This document shows, piece by piece, positions 46,371 through 56,182 of a stretch of DNA of 64,000 bases. Origin of the DNA: an uncultured Pseudomonadota bacterium (GTDB lineage Bacteria; Oederibacteriota; Muellerivitia; Muellerivitales; Muellerivitaceae); contig CAWIIP010000002.1 in the NCBI GenBank assembly GCA_963836235.1, positions 1,824,001 through 1,888,000 on the forward strand, written 5' to 3'. Position 1 is the stretch's first letter, and every line of letters starts with the position of its first letter. The position numbers were made by a program, and so were the translations under genes. Below the pieces are notes generated by a model. The model saw only the letters and a list, made by a program, of their open reading frames with translations. It did not search any database and was not told the origin of the DNA.

Positions 46371-47210
46371 ATTAAAAAAACCGTTCTCATTACAGGCACC
46401 TCGAGCGGCATCGGCCATGAGGCCGCGATTCATTTTGTCGAAAAGGGGTGGAATGTTATCGCCACCATGCGCCAGCTTCCAGGTGACAAGGAAGGAGCGG
46501 TTTCGGACAATTGGCTCAACTTGCGCCTGGATGTTCAGGACCCGGCCAGCATCGGCCTGGTGATCAAGGCGGGCCTGGCCCGGTTCGGGAAGATCGACGC
46601 GCTCCTGAATAACGCGGGTTTCGGCCTGTCCGGCCTCTTTGAGTCCATTTCTCCTGGAAAAGTACAGGAACAATTCGACGTGAATGTCTTCGGGGTGATG
46701 AACGTGACACGGGCTATCCTGCCGCATTTTCGAAAGAACGGTGGGGGCCTGATCCTTAACGTCAGCTCCCGGGGCGGGATGGTGGGACTACCGCTGATGT
46801 CGCTTTATTGCGCCAGCAAGTTTGCTCTGGAAGGCTTTTCGGAGGCGCTGGCTTACGAGCTGTCTTCCCAGAAAATCACGGTCAAGATTATCGCCCCTGC
46901 CGGAGGGGTGGCTACCCGGTTCGGCCCCAGGCTGGTGGCGGAACAGGCCCATCACCTGTCCCTGCCTGATTACGACGCCTTTACCGCCGCCGTCGCCCAA
47001 GCCAACACCCGGTTCATAGGCCTACGCCAGGGCTTTTCCACCAGCGTCGAAGAGGTGGCCAAAACCATTTATGACGCCGCCACCGACGGCACCGATCGCC
47101 TGCGCTATACCGTGGGCCACGATATCCCGCCTTTCCTCAAGGCCAAGAGGGAATTGGCCGACCAGGATTACGTGGATTCGATGAAAAAGGCTTATGGGAT
47201 GGAAGTGTAA
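46371..47210 (+). CDS. SDR oxidoreductase with apparent ATT start
   Basis: In-frame upstream IKKTVLITGTSSGIG (Rossmann motif); NNAG, YCASK. Confidence 0.88.
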   Translation: MKKTVLITGTSSGIGHEAAIHFVEKGWNVIATMRQLPGDKEGAVSDNWLNLRLDVQDPASIGLVIKAGLARFGKIDALLNNAGFGLSGLFESISPGKVQEQFDVNVFGVMNVTRAILPHFRKNGGGLILNVSSRGGMVGLPLMSLYCASKFALEGFSEALAYELSSQKITVKIIAPAGGVATRFGPRLVAEQAHHLSLPDYDAFTAAVAQANTRFIGLRQGFSTSVEEVAKTIYDAATDGTDRLRYTVGHDIPPFLKAKRELADQDYVDSMKKAYGMEV

Positions 47211-47424
47211 TCTTTTGAGATGAATAAAACTTCCCTACTTCGCCTGAATCCAGACTTGGGAAATAACCCATGATATAATCGCCCTCTTCCTTGGCCTGCT
47301 TGTTTTGGAAGGCATTTAATGAAAGGTCTCGAACATTAAATTTGAATATCTTCCTTAAATTTATTGGGTTTTTTATTAAGATACTCCCGATTCTTTACGG
47401 GTGCACTTTACAGAAGGGGCTGTC

Positions 47425-48201
47425 ATGAAAAGAATGCTTTTGTCGCTCTTGATCCTGTTTCTCACCGCCGGGTTGCTGAGGGCCGCGACCGAGGCTATCT
47501 TCACCTCCGTCACCGGCAAGGTCGAATTGAAAGGTCAAAAGGGACACAAATCCCGTCCCGCCCGTCCCGACGCCACGGTGGTAGAAGGGCAGAGGATCAT
47601 GACCGGCTCCGACGGCAAAGCTACCCTGAAAACTTTCGACGGGTCCGAAATCCAAATCAGCCCTAATACGGACTTCCAGCTCACCCAACTTCAAAAACCG
47701 TCGGCGGTGGATAAGGTAATTCAGTTTAAGTTATTCGTGGGCAAACTTTTCGCTTCCGTCCGGAAGCTGGCTTCGTCCAAGTCCTCCTTCGAAATCGAGG
47801 CCGGGGGCGTCGTTTGCGGCGTCCGGGGAACCCAATACTCGGTCTTTTACGATCCCGCCACGGGTAAGGTGGACGTGGTGGTGAAGGATGGGACGGTTTG
47901 GACAACCGCCGATGGCAAGACACAGGAATTCCACGGGGGGCAGGGGGGAACCTACTTTAACGGCAACTGGGACCTTCATCTGCCGCCAGCCGCCGGAAAT
48001 CCGGGGGGCCTGGGGTTCATCACTTCCAATCCCTTTTACGGTTTTAACGGCACGGGCTCTGATGATTTTAACAACCCGCTCACCGACCTTCCCGGTGGGA
48101 TTGGTGGGGTTACAGGAGAAATTGGGAGCCACGGAGTCGCGGGCCTGGGAGCTCACAACGTCCTGAATTTGCAGTTGGGGTTTCCCCAATATCTTCCCTA
48201 G
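47425..48201 (+). CDS. Secreted FecR-domain protein
   Basis: TGSDG.A.L.FDGS, GKL, VCGVRGT.Y; signal peptide. Confidence 0.85.
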   Translation: MKRMLLSLLILFLTAGLLRAATEAIFTSVTGKVELKGQKGHKSRPARPDATVVEGQRIMTGSDGKATLKTFDGSEIQISPNTDFQLTQLQKPSAVDKVIQFKLFVGKLFASVRKLASSKSSFEIEAGGVVCGVRGTQYSVFYDPATGKVDVVVKDGTVWTTADGKTQEFHGGQGGTYFNGNWDLHLPPAAGNPGGLGFITSNPFYGFNGTGSDDFNNPLTDLPGGIGGVTGEIGSHGVAGLGAHNVLNLQLGFPQYLP

Positions 48202-48258
48202 CACTAATGAGGCGCGTTGTCGGGACACATCAAGTAATAATTTAAGGAAAAAGATTTC

Positions 48259-49437
48259 ATGAAATTAGACCTAATCCGAATCTGGGTGGTTTTGGTGGTG
48301 GGACTTTTTTTATTCGGGGGCCCGGCTTGGGCTGACCAGGAAGAACTCCAACTCGGCTATGTCTACGATTCTTGGACCAGCAACTCCCTCTACCACGGAA
48401 CAGAACAGCGAGTGCCCTTGGGCTATTATTTTTCCTCGCCCAATTTCACCCTTTCCCTGACCACCGCCTTCGTCGCGGGGGATTACGTGGAAGATTCCGA
48501 CGCCACCTATGGCATCACGGGGTCGGAATACAAATCCAGCCAATTTTCCGACACCGACTTGGGAGTCAATTGGGCTTTGGACATGGGAAATTCCTGGCGG
48601 TCCAACCTATACGGAACTCTTAATTTTCCAACGGGTGACCAAAGTTGGGAGATCGCGGAACAAAACGGGTCCATTCCCTTTATCTTCGAGCCGAGCTATT
48701 ATCACGGCGGAGGTTGGGGAGGAAACTTTTTTTATACCCTTTCCCAAACGACCGCCGGTTCCTCCTTCGGCCTTGGCGCCGGCTTCATGGCTACCAGCGT
48801 TTATGACACAAACCTTTCCACGGAAAGCACCTTTAGCCCCGGTGACAACTTAGTGGCCCTTGCCACGCTGGGCTTTCGTATGTCAAGTGCGGACACTTGG
48901 GGTTTTCGGCTGGTGCACACTTTTCCTTTCGAATCAACTTATTCGGACCCTTCGGAGGACTTTACCGAAGGAGCTGGGACCATCTTCACGACCCAATGGA
49001 TTAGCCAGATGGGGAAGGACAAGCTGGTCGTGAACGTCTCTTACAGTTTTTACGATGCGGGTTCCACAGCCCAAACCCAGTCCCCCAATTCCCTGGTGCC
49101 AGATCCGGGGGCTTACTTCGGCGACCGCCTGGAAATCCACCCCATCCTCGGCTATACAATAGCCCCGGGAGTGGTCTTGGAGACGGGGTTTCTCTGGGAT
49201 TGGATCCAACCCAACGGTTATCCTCAATCCTCCCTTCAGGGAGGGCTTAACGAATATGAAGGCGGCGGAAACCTTTTCGGAGGCGAGCAAAGCATCACCT
49301 TTCAGCTCTCCCCTGGATTATTCTGGAACCTCGCGGGGCTCTATCACAACATCGCCAATATCAATGCTGGGGAAAACAACCAAACCATCACTTACCAGCG
49401 CTTTACTTTAGGAACGAATGTGGGGTTCAAATGGTGA
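48259..49437 (+). CDS. Outer-membrane beta-barrel protein
   Basis: Signal peptide, amphipathic strands, LNFPTG, C-terminal VGFKW. Confidence 0.7.
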   Translation: MKLDLIRIWVVLVVGLFLFGGPAWADQEELQLGYVYDSWTSNSLYHGTEQRVPLGYYFSSPNFTLSLTTAFVAGDYVEDSDATYGITGSEYKSSQFSDTDLGVNWALDMGNSWRSNLYGTLNFPTGDQSWEIAEQNGSIPFIFEPSYYHGGGWGGNFFYTLSQTTAGSSFGLGAGFMATSVYDTNLSTESTFSPGDNLVALATLGFRMSSADTWGFRLVHTFPFESTYSDPSEDFTEGAGTIFTTQWISQMGKDKLVVNVSYSFYDAGSTAQTQSPNSLVPDPGAYFGDRLEIHPILGYTIAPGVVLETGFLWDWIQPNGYPQSSLQGGLNEYEGGGNLFGGEQSITFQLSPGLFWNLAGLYHNIANINAGENNQTITYQRFTLGTNVGFKW

Positions 49438-50555
49438 AAAAAACTTTTTTCTCGCTGTTCGCCGGGGCTCTCGTTCTGGCGGGATGGATGGCCGGATGCA
49501 ATAAGCCGGGGAATCCAGTGGTTCCCGCCAATTCGGCGGTGTTGAACCTGGTGATTCCCTCGAAAATCCTGAATGCCAAACCCTCGGCCAAAGTGTTGAA
49601 AGCTATCTCGAAGGACGTAGTTCCCGATACCAGCGAGGGGGCTTTTGAATATTACCTGATTGCGGATGGGGAAGCCCCGGTCACAGGTTACGTCCTGTTC
49701 AACAGCGGCTCCGAGGTGGGCAATATCTTCATTAAACTTCCCAAGGCAGGGAACTGGGTTGTTTCGGGCGAATGGTTTTATGTCTATAACCCTTCCGCAA
49801 GTTTTACCCGGCCCACGGCGAAACTGGCCTTGACCGGCGGTCTGGCCGCTATTCCGGAATTCGTGGGCGCCGATATGGTCAATGTCCAAGGGACCACTGC
49901 CTTTACCTTGAACATGGAGGATATTGGCTATCAGGAATATACCTGTTATTCGGGGAATCTCACCGATTCCACGAACTGCGATTACAATCTAGGCGGAGGC
50001 ACCACGTTCTATACCGGAAGCTGGGAGGACCTTTATTCCTTTAATAACGGGACGGCGACATCCTCGATATTTGGGGGGACGGGAGACATACAAGCTTTAT
50101 TTGACAAGACCACCCAGTCTACTTACCTGTCGGGGCCGCCACCCATCGTTACAGCGGGTCCTCCGCCGACTCCGCCCTCCCTTTTCACGTACCTGGGGAA
50201 TGGAGACCTGGTGAATTTCCCCGTAATTCCCGCAGGCACGGTTTATTATCCTAACACCATGTTGGCGAAGACGGCGGTGGTGGGCTCGGCCGCGGCAACC
50301 GTGGCTGGAGACGATATTTTTGTGGTCAAAGTTCCTTCCACCAACGCTATCGCCTGGGTCCAACTGAACCCACCCTCTTACGATTGCGTAGCGGCGCCCA
50401 GTAGTTCCCTGAATAGTTTTGTTTTCGTCTATAACAACGAGGGGTTGAATTACATGAAGTTCGACCAAACGGCCGATGGCGCGGCCAATTGCAATCTAAA
50501 CACGCCCTTGCCCAGCAATTCCCCGGCGAAGCCCGGGGTTTTTCCCACTCCCTGA
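49431..50555 (+). CDS. Hypothetical lipoprotein
   Basis: Lipobox MAGC; overlaps the upstream gene. Confidence 0.8.
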   Translation: MVKKTFFSLFAGALVLAGWMAGCNKPGNPVVPANSAVLNLVIPSKILNAKPSAKVLKAISKDVVPDTSEGAFEYYLIADGEAPVTGYVLFNSGSEVGNIFIKLPKAGNWVVSGEWFYVYNPSASFTRPTAKLALTGGLAAIPEFVGADMVNVQGTTAFTLNMEDIGYQEYTCYSGNLTDSTNCDYNLGGGTTFYTGSWEDLYSFNNGTATSSIFGGTGDIQALFDKTTQSTYLSGPPPIVTAGPPPTPPSLFTYLGNGDLVNFPVIPAGTVYYPNTMLAKTAVVGSAAATVAGDDIFVVKVPSTNAIAWVQLNPPSYDCVAAPSSSLNSFVFVYNNEGLNYMKFDQTADGAANCNLNTPLPSNSPAKPGVFPTP

Positions 50556-50744
50556 TTCGGGGATGAATAAGGTTTAGGGTTAACCGGAACTAAGATTTTC
50601 CCGATCCACCCAAGCTCTTTCCACTAAAACAAAAATAAGTATGAATGTTTTGTCCACGACGGTAATCCGCAATAGACAATGGAAATCAACCTAAAAGATG
50701 CCTTTTGAAGTGGATGATCACAAGCCTTATTTTGGAGTATTACT

Positions 50745-51344
50745 TTGAACGACGAAAAAAAGATTCAATTCCCGCCTAAATACCTTGAGATTTTAAAGGC
50801 AACCGAGGCAATGGATTTTAAGATGAGCTCCGACGTCCCGACGGGCAATTTGTTGCAAACCTTGGCGGCCACAAAACCCAAAGGTCGGTTTTTGGAGATC
50901 GGGACGGGCACGGGATTATCGACCGCATGGATATTGAGCGGGATGGATTCCCAATCAACCTTGTTATCAGTTGATAACAACCCGGATTTAAGTTCCATGG
51001 CGAAACAATTTTTAGGTTTCGACTCGAGGCTGAATCTTCGAGTAGCGGATGGTGGGGAATTCATTAAATCCTTGGTGGGCCAAACATTTGATTTTATTTT
51101 TGCCGATTCCTGGCCCGGAAAATATAACACCTTGGAAGAAACCCTTCGTCTCGTGGCTCTTGGCGGATTTTATGTCGTTGACGACATGCTGCCTCAGCCC
51201 AATTGGCCGGAAGGGCATCCTCAAGCCGTTGACGAATTGCTCCGAAAATTGGACGCGTTAAAAGATTTTCATGTTTGTAAGATGAATTGGTCCACCGGAT
51301 TGGTTCTGTGCGCGCGAAAAATGGAAGTATTGTTGGGTAAATAA
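50745..51344 (+). CDS. Class I SAM-dependent O-methyltransferase
   Basis: LEIGTGTG, FDFIFAD, GGFYVVDD. Confidence 0.9.
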   Translation: MNDEKKIQFPPKYLEILKATEAMDFKMSSDVPTGNLLQTLAATKPKGRFLEIGTGTGLSTAWILSGMDSQSTLLSVDNNPDLSSMAKQFLGFDSRLNLRVADGGEFIKSLVGQTFDFIFADSWPGKYNTLEETLRLVALGGFYVVDDMLPQPNWPEGHPQAVDELLRKLDALKDFHVCKMNWSTGLVLCARKMEVLLGK

Positions 51345-51572
51345 GCTTAACCCTGTTCACGACGGGAGAAGCTGCATCCTCCCCAGGATGAACCCATGAA
51401 ATGGGAAGGTAATAGGTGACAGGAAAAACACGAGGGTTACTGACCAAGGAACCGAAAAAGTGGGGCAAAGGGCCGGTTTTTGACCTCATCAATATCGCCA
51501 GGCTTATCTTGAATAGTTGTTATAATAAGGAAGATCTTTTAGGGAAGTCCATTTCGTTACCGAGGTGAAAGA

Positions 51573-51866
51573 ATGATTAACCCCATCCACTCCCAAAACA
51601 AGGACAGCAAAGTAAATCCCTCTCTGGCCCCCGCTCCCGCTAATTCCACCGAAGCCCCGCCGAAGACGAAAAATTCCGCTTTCGATAATGCCATCGATCA
51701 AACCTTGGCTCAAAACCAAAGCCCAAAACCGAACAATGGAAATATCAGCCAGACTCAACCCAAAGGATCGCAAGAGAAAGCCATTCCGACTCCCCCGCCG
51801 CCGCCCGTGAAACCGCAGTCGACGGGGAATGAAAACAATGGCATGAACCTGAACAAACTCATCTAA
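51573..51866 (+). CDS. Low-complexity hypothetical protein
   Basis: GAGGTG RBS, downstream terminator at about 51911-51937. Confidence 0.55.
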   Translation: MINPIHSQNKDSKVNPSLAPAPANSTEAPPKTKNSAFDNAIDQTLAQNQSPKPNNGNISQTQPKGSQEKAIPTPPPPPVKPQSTGNENNGMNLNKLI

Positions 51867-52016
51867 CCTGCGAGAATGTTTTGAATTTAGATTTCAGTCA
51901 AATCCTTCAAGCTCCGGGCAACTCCGGGGCTTTTTTTGTTCCCGGATGTCGTTGGGTAAGGGGTAGTTTAAAAAACTATGTAAAGGTTTGGGCGGCATGA
52001 AATACCCCAAAAATAA

Positions 52017-52745
52017 ATGAACATCATTTTGTATTCTCTTTCGATTTCCTTGTTCGACAGCCTATCGACGACCCTGCAAATTATTATTTTCATCTTGTTG
52101 CTGACAACGGCCGACCCGGTCCGTAACGCCTTGTATTACCTGGCCGGGTTGAGCGGGGCCTACTTTCTTTGCGGGGTGGCGGGTTACCTGACACTGGACG
52201 AGCTGCGCCTTTTCCTGGGGCGTTTTTTCCCCTCTCCTTCCGCCATTCCCAATTCGATTTATTACCAATCGGAATTTTTGACGGGTCTGGTGATGGTGGG
52301 GCTGGCGATTTGGTTTTATTACCGGAAAAAAAACCAGGGCTGGAGCTGGACGGAAAATAAAATTCTTTCCAAACTGAGTTTCATGAAGGGCTGGATCGCC
52401 TTTTGGGTGGGCTTGTTTATGTCGGTCTCGTCCTTTCCCGTTTCCGTTCCCTACCTGGTGGTGCTGGGCCGCTACGCGACACTTCACCTGGAACTTCCCG
52501 CCGCCGCCGGGTTTATTTTGATTTACAACATCGGCTACGCATTGCCGATGCTCCTGATATTGGGGGCCTACCTGACGGTTCTGCGCAAGACCAAGGGCTA
52601 TCAAGAGGACCTGCATGAAAAAGCCAAAATCCTGAATGTTTATCTCACGACCTGGACCCTGGTGGGTTTCGGGATCTTTTCCATGGCCGACGCGGGATGC
52701 TACTTCATCCTGGGGCAGGCCTTGCTGAAAGAACGGTTTTTTTAA
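52017..52745 (+). CDS. GAP/Sap family (LysE superfamily) membrane protein
   Basis: DSLS..ILLL, PYL, YNIGYALP; about six TMs. Confidence 0.7.
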   Translation: MNIILYSLSISLFDSLSTTLQIIIFILLLTTADPVRNALYYLAGLSGAYFLCGVAGYLTLDELRLFLGRFFPSPSAIPNSIYYQSEFLTGLVMVGLAIWFYYRKKNQGWSWTENKILSKLSFMKGWIAFWVGLFMSVSSFPVSVPYLVVLGRYATLHLELPAAAGFILIYNIGYALPMLLILGAYLTVLRKTKGYQEDLHEKAKILNVYLTTWTLVGFGIFSMADAGCYFILGQALLKERFF

Positions 52746-52937
52746 TTCAACAAAGTGTTGAGAAAATAGGTTCTTTTGGACTTCTTTAACGTCCTCGTAA
52801 TGAGATTCAATACTGTTTAGGCTGGGTGCTCATTTCCCCGAAAACGCAAAAATGGAAAAATAGGTAAAGCCGTACCATAATAACTTCCATCAAAAGGGGA
52901 AGGCCGTTCTCAAACGATTTTTTAGAGAGGAAGGATC

Positions 52938-53186
52938 ATGAAAGATAAAAAAGCGAAGAAGCTTTTTAAAGAAGCGAAAAAGCTGGTGAAAAAGATTAAA
53001 AAGCACGGCAAAGAGGGCGAGGCTCTTTTGAAGGAAATCAAAAAGCTTTTGGAGCCGGGCAAAGCTGATCCTCCCGCCAAGAAAACCGCCAAAAAACTGC
53101 CGGCCAAAGCCGCGGCCCCGAAAAAAAGCGGGACCCCACTCAAGGCGGAGCCATCCTCGGCCCCGGGAAGCGCGCCACTGGCCTGA
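52938..53186 (+). CDS. Small Lys-rich (histone-like) protein
   Basis: RBS; AKKTAKK/AAAPKK low complexity. Confidence 0.6.
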   Translation: MKDKKAKKLFKEAKKLVKKIKKHGKEGEALLKEIKKLLEPGKADPPAKKTAKKLPAKAAAPKKSGTPLKAEPSSAPGSAPLA

Positions 53187-53232
53187 GAAGTCGGTTCGCT
53201 TAGTCCGAAAAGTTAATCATCCCCCTTTCTTT

Positions 53233-53595
53233 TTATTTAGCGGGAGACACCAACACGTAGGACAACTCCACCATCTTGCGGATCAGACTGTCCGGAAGGG
53301 AACCATCCAGGGTGATGGTGTTCCAATGCCTTTTGTTCATGTGATAGCCGGGTTGAATGGCGGGATATTGTTTGCGCAGCGTCTGTGCCCAAAGTGGATC
53401 ACATTTTAAATTGGCGTACCAGACACTCTCTTCCAGGGACAATGTGGCGAACATCTTGCCCTTGGTTTTATAGACCGCGACCTGGGGGCCAAAAGGAAAG
53501 GTTTCCAAAGACCCCGGTTTCGTCAAAAACAGTTTTCGGTATTTGTGACAGATTCTTCCCGTAAAAGGAGAGGAAGGGATTCGGGCGCTTTTCAT
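53233..53595 (-). CDS. MmcQ/YjbR family protein
   Basis: FPFG, KMFA, NLKCDP, PGYHMNKRHW. Confidence 0.93.
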   Translation of the reverse strand: MKSARIPSSPFTGRICHKYRKLFLTKPGSLETFPFGPQVAVYKTKGKMFATLSLEESVWYANLKCDPLWAQTLRKQYPAIQPGYHMNKRHWNTITLDGSLPDSLIRKMVELSYVLVSPAK

Positions 53596-53632
53596 AGGGG
53601 TTATTCTGATGGTTTTCGCGGATTGGGGAAAT

Positions 53633-53662
53633 AAAAAAGGAGGGCGGATACGCCCTCCTTTT
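53633..53662. terminator. Intrinsic terminator
   Basis: AAAAAGGAGGGCG-GATA-CGCCCTCCTTTTT. Confidence 0.8.
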
Positions 53663-53693
53663 TACGAAGGCCTAACGGGGAAGCCCCGCCGGC

Positions 53694-54158
53694 TTAATTT
53701 ATTTTAATCTCCACGTTCTTTTCCTTGGCTTCCTCGGCCTTGGGAACGGTCACCGTGAGGATTCCATCCTTGAAAGCCGCGGCCACCTTGTCCGCCTTGA
53801 TCCCGTTGGGGAGGACAAAGCTGCGCTGGAAGGAGCCGTAATAGCTTTCCACGCGGTGGTACTTCTTGTCCTCGTGCTTGGCCTCGGACTTTTTCTCGCC
53901 GGAAATGGTGAGGACGTTATTGTTGACCGCGATCTTTGTGTCCTCTTTTTTCATCCCCGGTATTTCCGCGCGAATGGTGTATTCCTGCGGCGTTTCCGAG
54001 ATATCCACCGTCGGGAAAAGCTCACCGCCCTTGATCGGAAATTCCCAGTCCTTCGGGAAATCCAGGAAGCCGTCGAACATCTGCCGGATGTTCTTGTCCA
54101 AGCCCCAGGGCCGCCAGAGCGATCTTTCTTCCGCTGGTTCGTATTTAATTATGGCCAT
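53694..54158 (-). CDS. Hsp20 small heat-shock protein
   Basis: PTVDISE, AEIPG, YGSFQRSF.LP, FKDGILTV. Confidence 0.95.
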   Translation of the reverse strand: MAIIKYEPAEERSLWRPWGLDKNIRQMFDGFLDFPKDWEFPIKGGELFPTVDISETPQEYTIRAEIPGMKKEDTKIAVNNNVLTISGEKKSEAKHEDKKYHRVESYYGSFQRSFVLPNGIKADKVAAAFKDGILTVTVPKAEEAKEKNVEIKIN

Positions 54159-54418
54159 AATCCACCTCCTTGTTTTTGGTTCTTGATTCCATTATTAGGA
54201 CTAGCGGAAAAAAATTTCCATGATCCGGATCACAAAAAAATAATTTCACCTTTCAGTCACTTGAAACGATTCGCCGTAAACCCGGGGTTTCCGTTAAGAG
54301 GATGGGGTTTAAACCGATTTCCGGGAAAACCACAAACCTAATCGGGATCATAAACCATTGAATTTTTTTAAATAAGATGGCTAGAATTCAATTAAGCGAT
54401 TTTCAAGGGGGTGAAAAT

Positions 54419-54595
54419 ATGGCAAAGCTAAAAGAAAAAGAATCCGCGGCCAAATTCAAAATGGAAGTGACCGAGGAAAACGTCGAGCTGGCGGCTTATT
54501 ATCATTGGCTGGAAAGGGGATGCCCTTCCGATGATCCCCTGACGGATTGGTTGGAAGTGGAGAAAAAGTTTCCGGCACCCCACCGACACAATTAA
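54419..54595 (+). CDS. DUF2934 family small protein
   Basis: AYYHWLERG....DW.E.E. Confidence 0.85.
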   Translation: MAKLKEKESAAKFKMEVTEENVELAAYYHWLERGCPSDDPLTDWLEVEKKFPAPHRHN

Positions 54596-54614
54596 AACCG
54601 ATAATCGAAATGGA

Positions 54615-54727
54615 TTGAACCACCCTGACGCTAAGGGAACCAAGAAAAACAAAGATCAAATTTAAAATATTTTTAAATATTTTCGGCTTTGATTGACCTT
54701 GGCGCCCTTAGCGTTGGGTGGTTCGAA
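54615..54727. repeat. Palindromic repeat, family A copy 4 (diverged)
   Basis: AACCACCCTGACGCTAAGGG..CCCTTAGCGTTGGGTGGTT. Confidence 0.75.
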
Positions 54728-54764
54728 AGTTCTTTTCCCTTGGAAGTCCAATCATCGTGGAGGC

Positions 54765-55613
54765 TTAAGCGAAATTTCCCGTCTGGTAGTCGCTAAAAGC
54801 CTTCTTCACCTCGCCCACGGTGTTCATGACGAAGGGGCCTCCCCTAGCGACCGGCTCATTTAACTTTTGGGCCGAGGCGAAAAGGAAATGGAGAGGCTTG
54901 TCCCCGTCGGATTGGATTTTCACCCTATCCCCTTCCCCGAAAACTCCCAGGTAACCGGTTTTTACGTAAGAAGGCACCTCCCCGGAGCCCGTTTTAGCCT
55001 TGCCTTCGATGACATAAAGAAAGGCGTTCTGGTTCGCCGGCGCTGGCGCGGCGAAAAGCTTTCCCGGTTCCAACTTGATGTCCAAGTAAGTGAAGGGAAT
55101 GAAAGACCGGCCGGGGCTTTGAACGCCCTCATACTCGCCCGCCAGGACTTTCACCCGCCGCCCGTCTTTCTCGAATACCGGCAGCTTCTCGGAAGGGATG
55201 TCCTGGTATTTAGGCTCGGTCATCTTGAGTTTGGCGGGCAGATTCAGCCATAGCTGGTAACCCCAGGCCAAGCCGTCGGTTTGCTCCGGCATCTCGCTGT
55301 GGATCAGTCCTTTCCCGGCGGTCATCCATTGGACGGAACCGGCGGTCAAATGGCCCTCGTGCCCCTTGGAATCGCGGTGGGTAAAGGCTCCCGCCATCAT
55401 GTAGGTGACGGTCTCAAAACCCCGGTGAGGATGGTCCGGAAAGCCGGCGGCATAATCATCCGGGTTGTCATTTTTGAATTCATCCAGGAGTAAAAACGGA
55501 TCCAACATATTGATCTCGGGGGAGCCGAGGATGCGCTTAAGTTTCACGCCCGCCCCGTCGGAAGTATCCATACCCCGGATGATTTGAGTGATGTTACGGT
55601 CGGTTGTTTCCAT
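54765..55613 (-). CDS. Pirin family protein
   Basis: DPFLLLDE, HPHRGFETVTY, WMTAG.G..HSE, GPFVMN. Confidence 0.95.
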   Translation of the reverse strand: METTDRNITQIIRGMDTSDGAGVKLKRILGSPEINMLDPFLLLDEFKNDNPDDYAAGFPDHPHRGFETVTYMMAGAFTHRDSKGHEGHLTAGSVQWMTAGKGLIHSEMPEQTDGLAWGYQLWLNLPAKLKMTEPKYQDIPSEKLPVFEKDGRRVKVLAGEYEGVQSPGRSFIPFTYLDIKLEPGKLFAAPAPANQNAFLYVIEGKAKTGSGEVPSYVKTGYLGVFGEGDRVKIQSDGDKPLHFLFASAQKLNEPVARGGPFVMNTVGEVKKAFSDYQTGNFA

Positions 55614-55705
55614 GGCGATCTCCTTTTGATCCCAAACCATAGGGAAAAAAGGCCTTTGCGTCCAGGCATGGTTTTCAATAACCGGTAACCGCCGGGAAAG
55701 GGGTC

Positions 55706-56182
55706 CTAGGCCTTGAGCCACAGCCTGATTTCGACCGGAAAACCGTCCACCTCCAGGCTGCAAGCCGAGGCGGGGGCCGCTTGGGGCCAATCCTGTGGGA
55801 TCGAGCGGAAAGGGTGGATGGGACCGATTTCAAAAAGATGGGGGTGCCAGAAATCGTGAAAAAGATATAGGCAGAACAGCGATATCAATTCCTCGTACAC
55901 TTCCTCCTCGGGATAACGGCCCAAAGGGCTGTTGTCCCTCTGGCTTCTCAAGTGCACCGCGAAATCCCGCGTGCTTCGGACCACCAGGAGGCCATTCAAG
56001 GCTCCCGTTAAGGTGACCATTCTTTCCAAGGGGAGTTCGGTGATTTGCCCCTCGGGTGCGCCCAACCGCCGGATCTGCCGGGCGTCCCAGGACCGGATAA
56101 TCCTTTCGAAAGGCCGGACCAAATCGATGGTATGAAGACCTGAAAAGCCCATGTGGATTGTCTCCTTTAGGCCGATCATCAT
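55706..56182 (-). CDS. Divergent CheX-like protein 2
   Basis: V.LTGALNGLLVVR..EEVYEELISLF..C.LEVDG.PVEIRLW; start is 56182 or 56152. Confidence 0.55.
   Translation of the reverse strand: MMIGLKETIHMGFSGLHTIDLVRPFERIIRSWDARQIRRLGAPEGQITELPLERMVTLTGALNGLLVVRSTRDFAVHLRSQRDNSPLGRYPEEEVYEELISLFCLYLFHDFWHPHLFEIGPIHPFRSIPQDWPQAAPASACSLEVDGFPVEIRLWLKA

Noticed and set aside
54160-54400. CIRCE element upstream of hsp20
   Set aside because: No TTAGCACTC-N9-GAGTGCTAA match was seen
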